Shown one piece after another: positions 16,975 through 26,111 of a stretch of DNA of 64,000 bases. Location of the stretch: NCBI GenBank assembly GCA_041651455.1, contig JBAZJG010000007.1, positions 2,478 to 66,477 of the forward strand, read 5' to 3'. This stretch comes from Candidatus Omnitrophota bacterium (lineage in GTDB: Bacteria > Omnitrophota > Gorgyraeia > Pluralincolimonadales > Pluralincolimonadaceae). Position 1 is the stretch's first letter. Each line of letters opens with the position of its first letter. The notes under the pieces are model-generated. The model was not told the DNA's origin and ran no database searches. It was given only the letters and a program-made list of their open reading frames with translations. A program made the translations under genes and the position numbers.

Positions 16975-18334
16975 CCGCCGAGAAGAGCTTGGCCGTCTGC
17001 GCGCGGGACTTCTCGTCGAGCTTCGCGGTCTCGCGCTCGATAAGCTTATAACCGGACGCTTTCACGGCTGGCGAGGCGAAGTCATCGAGGTATTCCTTGA
17101 ACGTCACGAGCGCATTGACGCTGCACATGCCTTTTATGAGGCCCGGTTTGGCGAGGTTCATGAAATTCTCCCCGGTCCTCTCCCTGCGATAGCATGCCGC
17201 GCAGAAGCTTGGTATGTACTTATGCTCCACGAGCATAAGTACAAGCTGGTCCAGGCTGCGCTTGTCGCTGGTCGAGAACTGGCCGTCCCATTTTTCGTCA
17301 TCGGAATATCCGCCGGGCGATGTCTTCGACTCGGCGCTTATCTGCGATATGCCGAGGTTGATGACCTCATCGCGCATCTTGGCGGTCTCCCTCGTCGTGA
17401 GTATCATGCCCGTATACGGGACCGAGAGCCGGATCACCGCGACAAGCTTCTTGAACTCGTCGTCGGATACCCGGTACGGCGGATGGAGCGAGAATTCCGA
17501 CCCGACGGCCGGCTCGATTCGCGGCACAGATATCGTGTGCGGGCCGACCTTGAACTTTTTTTCAAGGTGCTCGATATGCATCATCATCGCGAGCGTCTCG
17601 AACTTGTAATCGTAAAGGCCGTAAAGCGGGCCTATTCCTACGTCGTCAATTCCTGCCTCGAACGCCCTGTCTATCGAGTCTAGCCGGTTGTCGGGGTCGC
17701 TTTTCGGGCCTGAGACGTGGCATTTCCTGTAGGTCGCGTCGTGGTATGTCTCCTGGAAGAGCTGGAACGTGCCGATTTGCGAGGCCTTGAGCTTCCTGAA
17801 ATCTTCGACTGAAAGCGGCGCGCAGTTGATATTGACCCTCTTTATATAATGCGGGCCGACTCTAGCGGAATATGCGGCCTGTACCGCCTCGGTATAATAC
17901 TCTATCGGGGATTTCCCCGGGATGCCCGACTCGCCTGCGACGACAAGTATGCGCTTGTGCCCCCTCTTCAGCAGCCACTCGACCTGTTCGCGTATCTCGT
18001 CTGCGTTGAGGTATTTCCTCTTAAGTTCCGGGTTGCCAGAATGGAACGCGCAGTAGAGGCACTTGTTCGCGCAATAATTCGATATGTAAAGCGGCGCGAA
18101 TAGCACAATGCGGTTGCCGTATATCTCGTTCTTCACGTATGCCGCCGCTTCGTATATCTTATTTACGATAGCGGGGTCCTCGACGGCGAGCAGGGCGGCG
18201 GTCTCCTCAAGCGAGAGCCGTTTCAGCGTGCGCGCCTTCTTCAATATCGCTTCAACCTTATCCGCTGAGGCCTTTGCCGAAGGCACGGCGTCCGAAAGCA
18301 GGCCCTGTATCCTGTCATCGTCAATATACTTCAT
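16943..18334 (-). CDS. hydG: [FeFe]-hydrogenase maturase HydG (radical SAM tyrosine lyase)
   Basis: The N-terminal radical-SAM motif CANKCLYCAF is present. The C-terminus carries the extra cluster motif FCAACYRRERTGENF...KGMCSVNA (CxxC...C), typical of HydG. The product is 463 aa. Confidence 0.88.
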   Translation of the reverse strand: MKYIDDDRIQGLLSDAVPSAKASADKVEAILKKARTLKRLSLEETAALLAVEDPAIVNKIYEAAAYVKNEIYGNRIVLFAPLYISNYCANKCLYCAFHSGNPELKRKYLNADEIREQVEWLLKRGHKRILVVAGESGIPGKSPIEYYTEAVQAAYSARVGPHYIKRVNINCAPLSVEDFRKLKASQIGTFQLFQETYHDATYRKCHVSGPKSDPDNRLDSIDRAFEAGIDDVGIGPLYGLYDYKFETLAMMMHIEHLEKKFKVGPHTISVPRIEPAVGSEFSLHPPYRVSDDEFKKLVAVIRLSVPYTGMILTTRETAKMRDEVINLGISQISAESKTSPGGYSDDEKWDGQFSTSDKRSLDQLVLMLVEHKYIPSFCAACYRRERTGENFMNLAKPGLIKGMCSVNALVTFKEYLDDFASPAVKASGYKLIERETAKLDEKSRAQTAKLFSAVDAGMRDEYV

Positions 18335-19620
18335 CTGCTGGCTCCCTTTTTTATCCTTTCCTTCTCATTGTTGAACGCATCGAGCGCTTCCGGAAACGGC
18401 GACAATACCCTTTCGAGCACGCCCTGCGAGCGCGAGATCGCGAAGCCGTAGTTTGTTATCGGCACTCCGGCCTCCTTCGCCTTCTCTATCCTTGTAAGCA
18501 TCTCCCTGCGGGTTATCATGCACGAGCCGCAGTGTATTATGAGCTTATATTTCGCGAGGTCGCCTGGATAGTCCCTGCCCGAGCAGACGCTTATATCGAG
18601 CTCGCCGCCGGCGTATTTTTTGAGCCAGCGCGGTATCTTTACGCGGCCGATATCGTCTTCGATCGCGTGATGGCTGCAAGCTTCGGCTATCAGCACCTTA
18701 TCTCCGGGCTTCAGCGCGTCTATCATCGCGGCGCCGCGGGCCATTTCGACAAGGTCTCCCTTGTATCTTATAAATATTATGGAGAACGTGGTGCATTTCA
18801 CGCCCGGGGGCGTCTCCCTGACCATCCTGTCGACGACCTGCGAATCGCAGACGACTATGTCCGGTTGTTTTGTGAGGCCTTTCAGCGATGCGAGGTATTC
18901 TGTCTCTTTCACAACGAGCGACATGCCGTCGTTATCGAGCACATCCCTTATCGTCTGGACCTGGGGAAGGATCAGGCGTCCTTTTGGCGCCTCTTTATCT
19001 ATGGGCATTATAAGGACCGCTACGCCGCCTTTCGGCATCAGGTCGCCCATCAGCAACGGCGGTTTCAGGAAATCCTCCGGGCAAACCTCGAGCAGGAACC
19101 TCTTGTACCTGTCGACGCTCGGGTCGCGCGAGTTGCCCTTATCGGCTATCGTCTGCCCGTAGTTAAGCGACGAGCATGTCATCACGCGCTGGGATATCTC
19201 CAGCATCTTATTCATGAACCCCTCGGACGGGGACTTCAGGTCGGCCTTGTTTACGACTATTATTACGGGAATATTCCTGACGGCGGCTTCCGCGACGGTC
19301 TTCGCTTCGTACTCCGTCCATGAATCCGCCTCGGTGACCAGTGTAATGACATCCGCCCTGTCGAGTATCTTCGCGGTCTTCTTCAGGCGGAGGTCGGAAA
19401 GTACCGAAACATCGTCAAGCCCCGCTGTATCGAGGAATACGACCGGCCCTACCGGAAGGAGCTCCATGGATTTTTCTACGACATCGGTCGTGGTCCCCGC
19501 AACCGGGGAGGTTATGGCCACATCCTGCCCGGCGATGAAGTTCAGGAAACTTGATTTACCTACGTTCGTCCTGCCGAAGATGCCTATCTGCAGGCGAAGC
19601 GACTTCGGAGTGCTTATCAT
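18331..19620 (-). CDS. hydF: [FeFe]-hydrogenase maturation GTPase HydF
   Basis: A GTPase P-loop GRTNVGKSS and DTAGLDD are present. The C-terminus has EACSHH...HCGSCM, the HydF FeS-binding motif. The product is 429 aa. Confidence 0.88.
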   Translation of the reverse strand: MISTPKSLRLQIGIFGRTNVGKSSFLNFIAGQDVAITSPVAGTTTDVVEKSMELLPVGPVVFLDTAGLDDVSVLSDLRLKKTAKILDRADVITLVTEADSWTEYEAKTVAEAAVRNIPVIIVVNKADLKSPSEGFMNKMLEISQRVMTCSSLNYGQTIADKGNSRDPSVDRYKRFLLEVCPEDFLKPPLLMGDLMPKGGVAVLIMPIDKEAPKGRLILPQVQTIRDVLDNDGMSLVVKETEYLASLKGLTKQPDIVVCDSQVVDRMVRETPPGVKCTTFSIIFIRYKGDLVEMARGAAMIDALKPGDKVLIAEACSHHAIEDDIGRVKIPRWLKKYAGGELDISVCSGRDYPGDLAKYKLIIHCGSCMITRREMLTRIEKAKEAGVPITNYGFAISRSQGVLERVLSPFPEALDAFNNEKERIKKGASR

Positions 19621-19872
19621 TTATTTTCCCTTGTGAAGCGCCGACTTGACCGAGACCCCCTTTATGAGGCCGAGCCGGCCTGTCAGCGCGCCGATATCGT
19701 CGGTTGTCGCGTCGACGATGATGGTTATGACCGAGCAGTTCCTTTCCTTATACGGTATGCCCATCCTGCCCTGTATAATGCTCCCGAACTCCGACAGGAC
19801 CTTGTTTACCTCCGCCGCCTGGTTGTTCCTGTCCGTGATGATTATTCCCATGAATCCCAATCTCTTGTCCAT
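19621..19872 (-). CDS. Small ACT-like protein of the TM1266-type 'iron-only hydrogenase system regulator' family
   Basis: An 83-aa product from the ATG at 19870-19872 (MDKRLGFMGIIITDR...) has GGGAGG 6 nt upstream. This small protein lies between hydA and hydF, as is typical for this family. The ORF-track start at 19893 is a TTG. Confidence 0.55.
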   Translation of the reverse strand: MDKRLGFMGIIITDRNNQAAEVNKVLSEFGSIIQGRMGIPYKERNCSVITIIVDATTDDIGALTGRLGLIKGVSVKSALHKGK

Positions 19873-19879
19873 CGTAACC

Positions 19880-19921
19880 TCCCTTTCAAACAAAAACCCG
19901 GTTCCTGCGAAAGGAACCGGG
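19880..19921 (-). terminator. Rho-independent terminator or attenuator between hydA and the downstream regulator-hydFGE genes
   Basis: A perfect 9-bp stem CCCGGTTCC/GGAACCGGG with a 7-nt loop (19897-19921) is followed, on the minus-strand RNA, by UUUUUGUUUG. Confidence 0.55.
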
Positions 19922-19993
19922 TGGTATTCTTCCCTGGCCCCTTGGCTTTAGACGCTGCCCCCGTCCTTACCGCAGGTATGTAATACTAAAACA

Positions 19994-21745
19994 TCACCTT
20001 CTGTAAATAGGTACGCCTTTGTAGGTCGTGTGTAGGAGCTTCTCGGACTTCTCGCCCAACGGCTTCTCGAGGAACTCCTTGTATAATCTCTTGATGTAAG
20101 GGTTCTGGTGCGAGCAACGGACCGCTTTTGCCTTATCGTCCTCATACAGGACCTTGGCGCGCATCGCGCGGACCTCGTCGGTGACCATGTAGGGCTGGCC
20201 GCCGCCGCCGATGCATCCGCCGGGGCATGCCATGACCTCTATGAAATGGTACGGCATCTCCTTTCCGGCCTTCTTCGCTTCCCTTACCTTGTTCAATACA
20301 TATTCGACGTTCGCCATGCCGTGCGCTACGGCGACTCGTATCTTCTTCCCGCCGACGTCTATCTCGGCTTCCTTGACCTTCTCGAGTCCCCTTACCGCCT
20401 CGAGGTCTACCTTGGCGAGCTCCTTGCCGGTAATGAAATAATTGGCGGTCCTGAGCGCGGCTTCCATAACGCCGCCCGTCGCGCCGAATATGACGCCTGC
20501 GCCGGCATACTCGCCGAGGATCGTGTCCGATTCTTCATCTGGAAGGTTCGTGAAATCAATGCCCGCCTGCTTTATCATGCCCGCGAGCTCGCGCGTCGTC
20601 ATGACTATGTCTACGTCCTGGTAGCCAGAGGCATGCATCTCGTCGCTTCTCGTTATCTCGTATTTCTTAGAGGTGCAGGGCATTACCGAGACCATTACTA
20701 TCTTGGACGGGTCGATGTTGTTCTTTTGCGCGTAATATGTCTTCGAGAGCACGCCGAGTATCTCGTGCGGCGATTTGCAGGACGAGAAATGCTCGATCAT
20801 GTCCGTATGGAACTTCTCCATAAAGTCCACCCACGACGGGCAGCAGGTCGTGATGAGCGGGAGCGGCTTCGTCCCCTTCACGAGCCGCTGCTCGAACTCG
20901 CTCGCTTCCTCCATTATCGTGACGTCGGCGGCGAAGTTCGTGTCGAAGACGGCCTTGAAACCCAATCTCCTCAACAGCGCGTATAGCTTGCCGGTGAAGT
21001 TCTTTCCGGGATAGCCGAACGCCTCGCCGATGGACGCCCTTACGGCCGGCGCTATCTGGACGACGCAGTACTTGTCAGGGTCCTGCAGCGCCTTCCAGAC
21101 CTTCGGCGTGTCGTAATATTCAAGTATGGCGCCCGTCGGGCAGTGCGCCGAGCACTGTCCGCACTTGATGCAGGGCGATTCGGATAATTGTATGTCCCCC
21201 GCAGGCGAGAACCTCGTCTTGATGCCCCTCTGCAGGAACGAAAGCGCCCAGACGTCCTGCATATCCTGGCAGACGTAGATGCACCTGCCGCAGAGTATGC
21301 ACTTCTCCGGCTCGAGCACGACGGCCTTCGTCGAGTCGTCCTTCGGGAGGTCCCTCTTTATCTTCGGGAAATATTCCTCGGATATGCCGAAATCCGCCAC
21401 GAGTTTCTGCAGCTCGCAGTTGTTGTTGCGCCCGCAGATAAGGCAGTCGTTCGGGTGGTTTGAAAGTATCAGTTCGAGCACGCTCCTGCGGATAGAGACT
21501 ATCTCGGGATCGTGCGTCGTTATCTCCATGTTCTCCTCGAGCGGCGTGCAGCATGCCCTGAGCATCTTGTTCGAGCCCTTGACCCTGACGATGCATATGC
21601 CGCAGCTTGCCGACGGCGGCAGGTCTGGATGCTTGCAGAGCGTGGGTATCTTTATCTGGACGCTCTTAGCGGCCTCGAGTATCGTAGTCCCTTCGGGGAC
21701 CCTCAAAAGTATGTCGTTTATCTTCGCCTGTATGGATTTTGCCAT
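19994..21745 (-). CDS. hydA: [FeFe]-hydrogenase catalytic subunit HydA (multi-domain, M3-type)
   Basis: H-cluster motifs TTCCPSW (L1), MPCTSKKYE (L2) and EVMACPGGCIGGGGQP (L3) are present. The N-terminus has 2Fe-2S and 4Fe-4S ferredoxin-like Cys clusters (CGICIV, CILCGRCIYVC, CIKCGQCSAHC). Confidence 0.95.
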   Translation of the reverse strand: MAKSIQAKINDILLRVPEGTTILEAAKSVQIKIPTLCKHPDLPPSASCGICIVRVKGSNKMLRACCTPLEENMEITTHDPEIVSIRRSVLELILSNHPNDCLICGRNNNCELQKLVADFGISEEYFPKIKRDLPKDDSTKAVVLEPEKCILCGRCIYVCQDMQDVWALSFLQRGIKTRFSPAGDIQLSESPCIKCGQCSAHCPTGAILEYYDTPKVWKALQDPDKYCVVQIAPAVRASIGEAFGYPGKNFTGKLYALLRRLGFKAVFDTNFAADVTIMEEASEFEQRLVKGTKPLPLITTCCPSWVDFMEKFHTDMIEHFSSCKSPHEILGVLSKTYYAQKNNIDPSKIVMVSVMPCTSKKYEITRSDEMHASGYQDVDIVMTTRELAGMIKQAGIDFTNLPDEESDTILGEYAGAGVIFGATGGVMEAALRTANYFITGKELAKVDLEAVRGLEKVKEAEIDVGGKKIRVAVAHGMANVEYVLNKVREAKKAGKEMPYHFIEVMACPGGCIGGGGQPYMVTDEVRAMRAKVLYEDDKAKAVRCSHQNPYIKRLYKEFLEKPLGEKSEKLLHTTYKGVPIYRR

Positions 21746-21748
21746 TTT

Positions 21749-23500
21749 CTATTCCTTACCTACCGCTTTGAACTTGCAGACCTCGAAACATCTGCCGCAG
21801 CGGACGCATTTGTTCATGTCTATGGTGTAGCCGTCATCCTTGTTGCCCGTTATAGCTTTCGCCTCGCAGTTCATGAAGCAGAGCCCGCACTTCTTGCACT
21901 TCTCCGTGATTATCTTGTAGCTCAACAGGTTGCGGCACTTCTTCGAGGGGCATTTCTTCTGGAGGATATGCACCTTGTACTCGTCCTCGTAATACCTGAG
22001 GGTCGAGACGACCGGGTTCGGCGCGGTCTGCCCGAGGCCGCACAAAGCCGCCCTCTGCATAGACTGCGAAATCCTCCTTAAATTATCGAGGTCGCCTATC
22101 TCTCCGCGGCCTTCGGCTATCTTGCTTAGGAAACCGAGCATCTGCGCGGTGCCGATCCTGCAGGGAGAGCACTTTCCGCACGATTCGTCGAAGCAGAACC
22201 TCTGGTAGAACCGCGCGATATCGACCATGCAGTCGTCCTCGTCCATTACTATCATGCCGCCCGAGCCCATTATCGAGCCGAGCTTTTGTAAATTCTCGTA
22301 ATCGACCGGGGTATCTAGGAAGTCCTTCGGTATTACGCCGCCGGAAGGCCCGCCGGTCTGGATCGCTTTTATATTCTTGTTGTTGTATACGCCGCCGCCT
22401 ATGTCGAAGACGATCTCGCGTATCGTCGTGCCCATCGGCACCTCGACGAGGCCGGAATTCTTTACCTTGCCGGTAAGCGCGAATACCTTCGTGCCCTTGG
22501 ATGTCTGCGTACCGACCTTCGCGAAAGCGTCGCCGCCCCTGTTTACGATATAGGGAACGTTGGCGAGCGTCTCTACGTTATTAATGACGGTCGGCTTGTC
22601 CCAGAGGCCCTTGACCGAAGGATACGGCGGGCGCGGGTGCGGAGTACCTCTCCTTCCCTCTATCGAGGCAATAAGCGCGGTCTCTTCGCCGCATACGAAC
22701 GCGCCTGCGCCGAGGCGTATCTCGAGGTCGAAACTAAAATTGCTTCCGAGTATGTTCTTACCGAGCAGGCCGTTCTCGTAGCACTGGTCTATCGCCTTCT
22801 GTATCCTCTCTACCGCGAGCGGGTATTCCGCCCTGATATAGAAATATCCTATCGTGGCACCGACGGAGAAACCGGCTATCATCAGGCCTTCCACAACCGA
22901 GTGCGGGTCGCCTTCGAGGACACTCCTGTCCATGTATGCGCCCGGGTCGCCTTCGTCGCCGTTGCAGATGACATATTTCTGGTCGACTGACATCTGTTTC
23001 GCGAAATTCCATTTCATCCAGGTCGGGTAACCGGCGCCTCCCCTTCCGCGAAGGCCGCTCTTCTTCATCTCTTCTATTACCTTCTCCTGCGTCTTCAGCT
23101 CGAAGAGGACCTTCTTGAGGGCCTGGTAGCCCTCGCTGGCCATATATTCTTCTATGCTCTCGGGGTCTATGACGCCGCAGTTGCGCAGTACTATCCTGAG
23201 CTGTTTCGGCTCCTTGCGCGCGGTAAGTTCCTTGACGACCGTCCCCTGCTTGACCGCATCGAGAATGCGGCCGAGGTCTTCGTCCTTTACGCCGTAGTAG
23301 GCGGTATCGGGCAGGACCTTCACGACGACGCCCTGGTTGTAGGCGCCTATATCCGCTACGCGCACCGCCTGGACCGAGTCCTGCATCCCGCGGTCCCTTA
23401 GCCCGTTGAGCAGCAGCGAGTGGACGTCCTTCGTCTTGTCGGGCATCGCTGTGCCCGACACGCCGCCCGTATCTCTAATATATATAATCTTTTTGTCCAT
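21749..23500 (-). CDS. hydB: NADH-binding flavoprotein subunit HydB (NuoF-like) of the bifurcating hydrogenase
   Basis: The NuoF FMN/NADH region reads GAGAFVCGEETALIASIEG...PYPSVKGLWDKPTVINNVETLANVPYI. The C-terminus has additional ferredoxin-type clusters (CGKCSPCRIG, CKKCGLCFMNC, CVRCGRCFEVC). Confidence 0.9.
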   Translation of the reverse strand: MDKKIIYIRDTGGVSGTAMPDKTKDVHSLLLNGLRDRGMQDSVQAVRVADIGAYNQGVVVKVLPDTAYYGVKDEDLGRILDAVKQGTVVKELTARKEPKQLRIVLRNCGVIDPESIEEYMASEGYQALKKVLFELKTQEKVIEEMKKSGLRGRGGAGYPTWMKWNFAKQMSVDQKYVICNGDEGDPGAYMDRSVLEGDPHSVVEGLMIAGFSVGATIGYFYIRAEYPLAVERIQKAIDQCYENGLLGKNILGSNFSFDLEIRLGAGAFVCGEETALIASIEGRRGTPHPRPPYPSVKGLWDKPTVINNVETLANVPYIVNRGGDAFAKVGTQTSKGTKVFALTGKVKNSGLVEVPMGTTIREIVFDIGGGVYNNKNIKAIQTGGPSGGVIPKDFLDTPVDYENLQKLGSIMGSGGMIVMDEDDCMVDIARFYQRFCFDESCGKCSPCRIGTAQMLGFLSKIAEGRGEIGDLDNLRRISQSMQRAALCGLGQTAPNPVVSTLRYYEDEYKVHILQKKCPSKKCRNLLSYKIITEKCKKCGLCFMNCEAKAITGNKDDGYTIDMNKCVRCGRCFEVCKFKAVGKE

Positions 23501-23853
23501 TATTTCTTTACCTGTATGTCGTAGATATGGTCGTTGACCAGCCTATGGTTGTGGATATGCTCTTCGAGGATCTGTACCGCGACTTCGGCGTTCACCCTTC
23601 CGTATGTGACCTGCGGCATCCCTTCGACGTTGACCTCGACGAGCGGCTCGACGGAACACATTCCGGCGCAGCCGCATTTCTTGACGGCTACGTTTATATT
23701 GCGCTTCTTCGCCTCTTCGGTAAGGATATTGAACACCTTGTCGGCTCCCGCGGCTATGCCGCAGCTCGACATGCCGACCTTTATCCAGTTCTTATCCTCG
23801 GGCTTCTTCTGCTTCGCTATGTTTTCGAGGGATTCCCTCGTTATCTTGCTCAT
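23500..23853 (-). CDS. Thioredoxin-like [2Fe-2S] ferredoxin (free-standing NuoE-C-terminal / HydB-N-terminal-type domain)
   Basis: The 117-aa product carries the Cys pattern SSCGIAAGAD...KKCGCAGMCSVEP. It sits between hydC and hydB with 4-nt overlaps on both sides. Confidence 0.65.
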   Translation of the reverse strand: MSKITRESLENIAKQKKPEDKNWIKVGMSSCGIAAGADKVFNILTEEAKKRNINVAVKKCGCAGMCSVEPLVEVNVEGMPQVTYGRVNAEVAVQILEEHIHNHRLVNDHIYDIQVKK

Positions 23854-24332
23854 TTGGCTACCTGCTCCTCTTCATACTCTGCGATAATATCCGCGACGTG
23901 GTCCTTCTTGACCTTGCTGTATACCTTTTCGTCGATCTTCATGACGGGAGCGAGGCCGCAGCATCCGAGGCACCTTACGACCTCAAGCTGGAAAAGCCCG
24001 TCCTTGCTCGTGCCGCCCTCACGCACCCCGAGGATATCGCGCAATTCGTGCAATAGTTCCGAGGCGCCTTTCAGGTAGCAGGCGGTGCCCATGCAGACCT
24101 GCACCATGTGCTTGCCGGGCTGCTGGAGCTTGAAGAAATGGTAGAAGGTTATGACCTCATATATCCTCGCGAGCGGCACGTCCATGTATTTCGAGAGCTG
24201 AAGGGACGTCGCGCGCGGCACGTACCCGTAAAGGTTCTGGATATCGTGCAGGATCATTATGAGGCTGCCCTTCTTGCCCTCCCATTTTTTGACGACATTC
24301 TTGATATCGTCGGATAATTTTTCTTCTTGCAT
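23850..24332 (-). CDS. hydC: NuoE-like [2Fe-2S] subunit HydC of the bifurcating hydrogenase
   Basis: The 160-aa product has the NuoE/HoxE signature CMGTACYLKG...RCLGCCGLAPVM. Confidence 0.85.
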   Translation of the reverse strand: MQEEKLSDDIKNVVKKWEGKKGSLIMILHDIQNLYGYVPRATSLQLSKYMDVPLARIYEVITFYHFFKLQQPGKHMVQVCMGTACYLKGASELLHELRDILGVREGGTSKDGLFQLEVVRCLGCCGLAPVMKIDEKVYSKVKKDHVADIIAEYEEEQVAK

Positions 24333-24391
24333 GTTAATTCCTTCTCCGAAGTTTGATTTTCCACAGGTATTCGGTGGGGTAGAATGGACTT

Positions 24392-24420
24392 AATATATCA
24401 CATGCGCGACATTATGTCAA
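24392..24420 (-). promoter_or_regulatory. Putative sigma70 promoter (TTGACA-17-TATATT) for hydC-fdx-hydB-hydA, embedded in the 3' end of the upstream TPR gene
   Basis: The minus strand reads TTGACAtaatgtcgcgcatgtgaTATATT. A leader of about 52 nt follows, then GGAGAAGG, then the hydC ATG. Confidence 0.4.
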
Positions 24421-24868
24421 GCATGTGCTTCGCGGACCTGACGTAAAATCTGTAATTTGAATCCGTCGTGTATGCGCTTTTCTTCGAGGCAACGGCCATT
24501 TCAAACATTTTTCTCGCGGCCTTTATGTCCCCGGAATTCCTGTATATAACCCCAAGATCGAAATAAGCGGTCACGTTATCGGGATCGTATTCGATGGCAA
24601 TCTTGTATTCCGCTACGGCCTTCTCCCTTTCGCCGAGTATACTATAGCAATACGCGAGCCAGTTGCGCGAGTCCACGTCCTTCGCGTCGAAAAATAGCGT
24701 CTTCCGGTATGTCCTGGCGGCGTCACTTATCATGGCCGAGCTCATATAATCGCCGGCGCGCCTGTAAAGCAGGTAGGAAATATACGGGCTAAGCCCGACG
24801 AATACAACCGCAATGAATGCCGCGGTTATCAGGTAATTCTTTATCTTCCCCGTCTCTATCATCTTCAT
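24398..24868 (-). CDS. Membrane-anchored TPR-repeat protein
   Basis: The product from the internal Met (MKMIETGKIKNYLITAAFIAVVFVGL) has one TM helix followed by TPR-like repeats (AEYKIAIEYDPDNVTAYFDLGVIY). Its start overlaps the CcdA stop by 4 nt. The 82-aa N-terminal extension in the ORF track is Arg/Gly-rich and unlikely to be real. Confidence 0.5.
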   Translation of the reverse strand: MKMIETGKIKNYLITAAFIAVVFVGLSPYISYLLYRRAGDYMSSAMISDAARTYRKTLFFDAKDVDSRNWLAYCYSILGEREKAVAEYKIAIEYDPDNVTAYFDLGVIYRNSGDIKAARKMFEMAVASKKSAYTTDSNYRFYVRSAKHMLDIMSRM

Positions 24869-25566
24869 CCCAGTATGAACAATAATATGCCCAGCGCTAT
24901 CAGGATATTCCCGCCGATGACGGGCGCCACCCTCTCGACGATTTCCACTTTCGGATGTATGTATTTGACTATGCCGCTGAAGACCCCCGCCATTATTATC
25001 GGGAGGCTCTGCCCGAGCGCGTAGGTGAAAAAAAGCAGCACTGCGTAAAGCAGGTCTTCCTTCATGATGCCGAGGCCCGCAATTATCACGAGAAAAGGCC
25101 CGCATACCGGGCATGTCGGCGCTTCGAAGAGGACAAAGATAAGGCCGAATAAGAAAGCGCCGGCCGCGCCGCCGTATTTTACGTTAAAAGCCCTGGCCGC
25201 GAAGGCCTCGATCGGCCTTATCCTGACGAGGCCCGCCATCTGGACCCCTACAAAAAACACGGTTAACCCGGCAAAATAGTAGAAATACCTGCTAAGGCCC
25301 ATCATCCTGCTTCCGAGCGTCGCTATGGTGCCGAGAAGAACGCCCAGCAAAGTATAACTCAGGACCAGCGCGGCGACAAAAGACATCGTCACGATAAAGG
25401 CCTTCTTCTTTGACTTCGCGCCGCCTATAAGGCCTACGACGACCGGTATCCTGACTATCGTGCAGGAGGCAAGGCTCAATATCGCCGCCGCCCAGAAGAC
25501 GACGACGAATGTCCAGGCCGAATGCTGGTTAACCGCGCTTACGATGGTCTGTATGTCCGTTGCCAT
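24865..25566 (-). CDS. ccdA: CcdA/DsbD-family transmembrane thiol-disulfide electron transporter
   Basis: The 233-aa polytopic product has Cys in TM1 (ASCTIV) and a CPVCGP motif, matching the DsbD transmembrane domain. Confidence 0.65.
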   Translation of the reverse strand: MATDIQTIVSAVNQHSAWTFVVVFWAAAILSLASCTIVRIPVVVGLIGGAKSKKKAFIVTMSFVAALVLSYTLLGVLLGTIATLGSRMMGLSRYFYYFAGLTVFFVGVQMAGLVRIRPIEAFAARAFNVKYGGAAGAFLFGLIFVLFEAPTCPVCGPFLVIIAGLGIMKEDLLYAVLLFFTYALGQSLPIIMAGVFSGIVKYIHPKVEIVERVAPVIGGNILIALGILLFILG

Positions 25567-25570
25567 CTCT

Positions 25571-26110
25571 TTATACCTTTATCGTGTATCCGGAGAGGTC
25601 CGTGTCATGCATAGGAAGGTTCGTCGGCTCGCTGACGAAAAATATCGACGGCCTGCCCCTTCCCGGTTCCGAGATCTCGCAATGAACCGTATCCTTTAGC
25701 ATCGTGAATATGCAGGTCCTGTGGTCGTTATATTTCAGGCGCAGCATCATGAAATCCTTCGCGACGAGTTTGCCGGCCTTCGCTTTGCGCTCGAGGTCTT
25801 TGTGCTTCAGCAGGCACAGGATCATGCATACCGGCTTCAGCTTGAGCCCCGTATTGTTTATTATGATGAACTCTTCGTGGTGCGGGTGTGAATTCAGCAT
25901 TACGCGGGCGGCATTATCCGAACGGACGCATATGAGCTTATGAGTTCCGTGCTCAACGGGCGATGAATATATCGTGTCAACGAGCCCGTCCTTGTGCGTC
26001 CTTCGCAGTATCTTCGCGGTCGGGCGCAATGTCCTTATGAGGCCTTTCTTCTCGAGTCGCATCATTATCTTTTCCGTCGCGTCGACGGGATGAAGCTTTA
26101 TCGTTTTCAT
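25571..26110 (-). CDS. Hypothetical protein with a possible cupin fold
   Basis: NSHPHHEEFIIINNTG resembles cupin motif 1 (HxH...E). No other recognisable features were found. Confidence 0.3.
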   Translation of the reverse strand: MKTIKLHPVDATEKIMMRLEKKGLIRTLRPTAKILRRTHKDGLVDTIYSSPVEHGTHKLICVRSDNAARVMLNSHPHHEEFIIINNTGLKLKPVCMILCLLKHKDLERKAKAGKLVAKDFMMLRLKYNDHRTCIFTMLKDTVHCEISEPGRGRPSIFFVSEPTNLPMHDTDLSGYTIKV

Positions 26111-26111
26111 A

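Noticed and set aside
18274-19323. A 349-aa plus-strand ORF antisense to hydF
   Set aside because: Its product is Arg/Ala/Tyr-rich with no recognisable motif, and it lies entirely within the strongly supported HydF coding region. It is a typical spurious long antisense ORF in high-GC DNA.
19897-19921. The hairpin after hydA, considered as a possible small RNA or riboswitch
   Set aside because: It is only 25 nt with an adjacent U-tract. It is best explained as an intrinsic terminator or attenuator.
24869-25114. An N-terminal 82-aa extension of the TPR-protein ORF (MPGMRAFSRDNCGPRHHEGR...)
   Set aside because: It is Arg/Gly-rich and low in complexity, and it overlaps the CcdA coding region. 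The internal Met that starts the TM helix and overlaps the CcdA stop (ATGA) is the plausible start.
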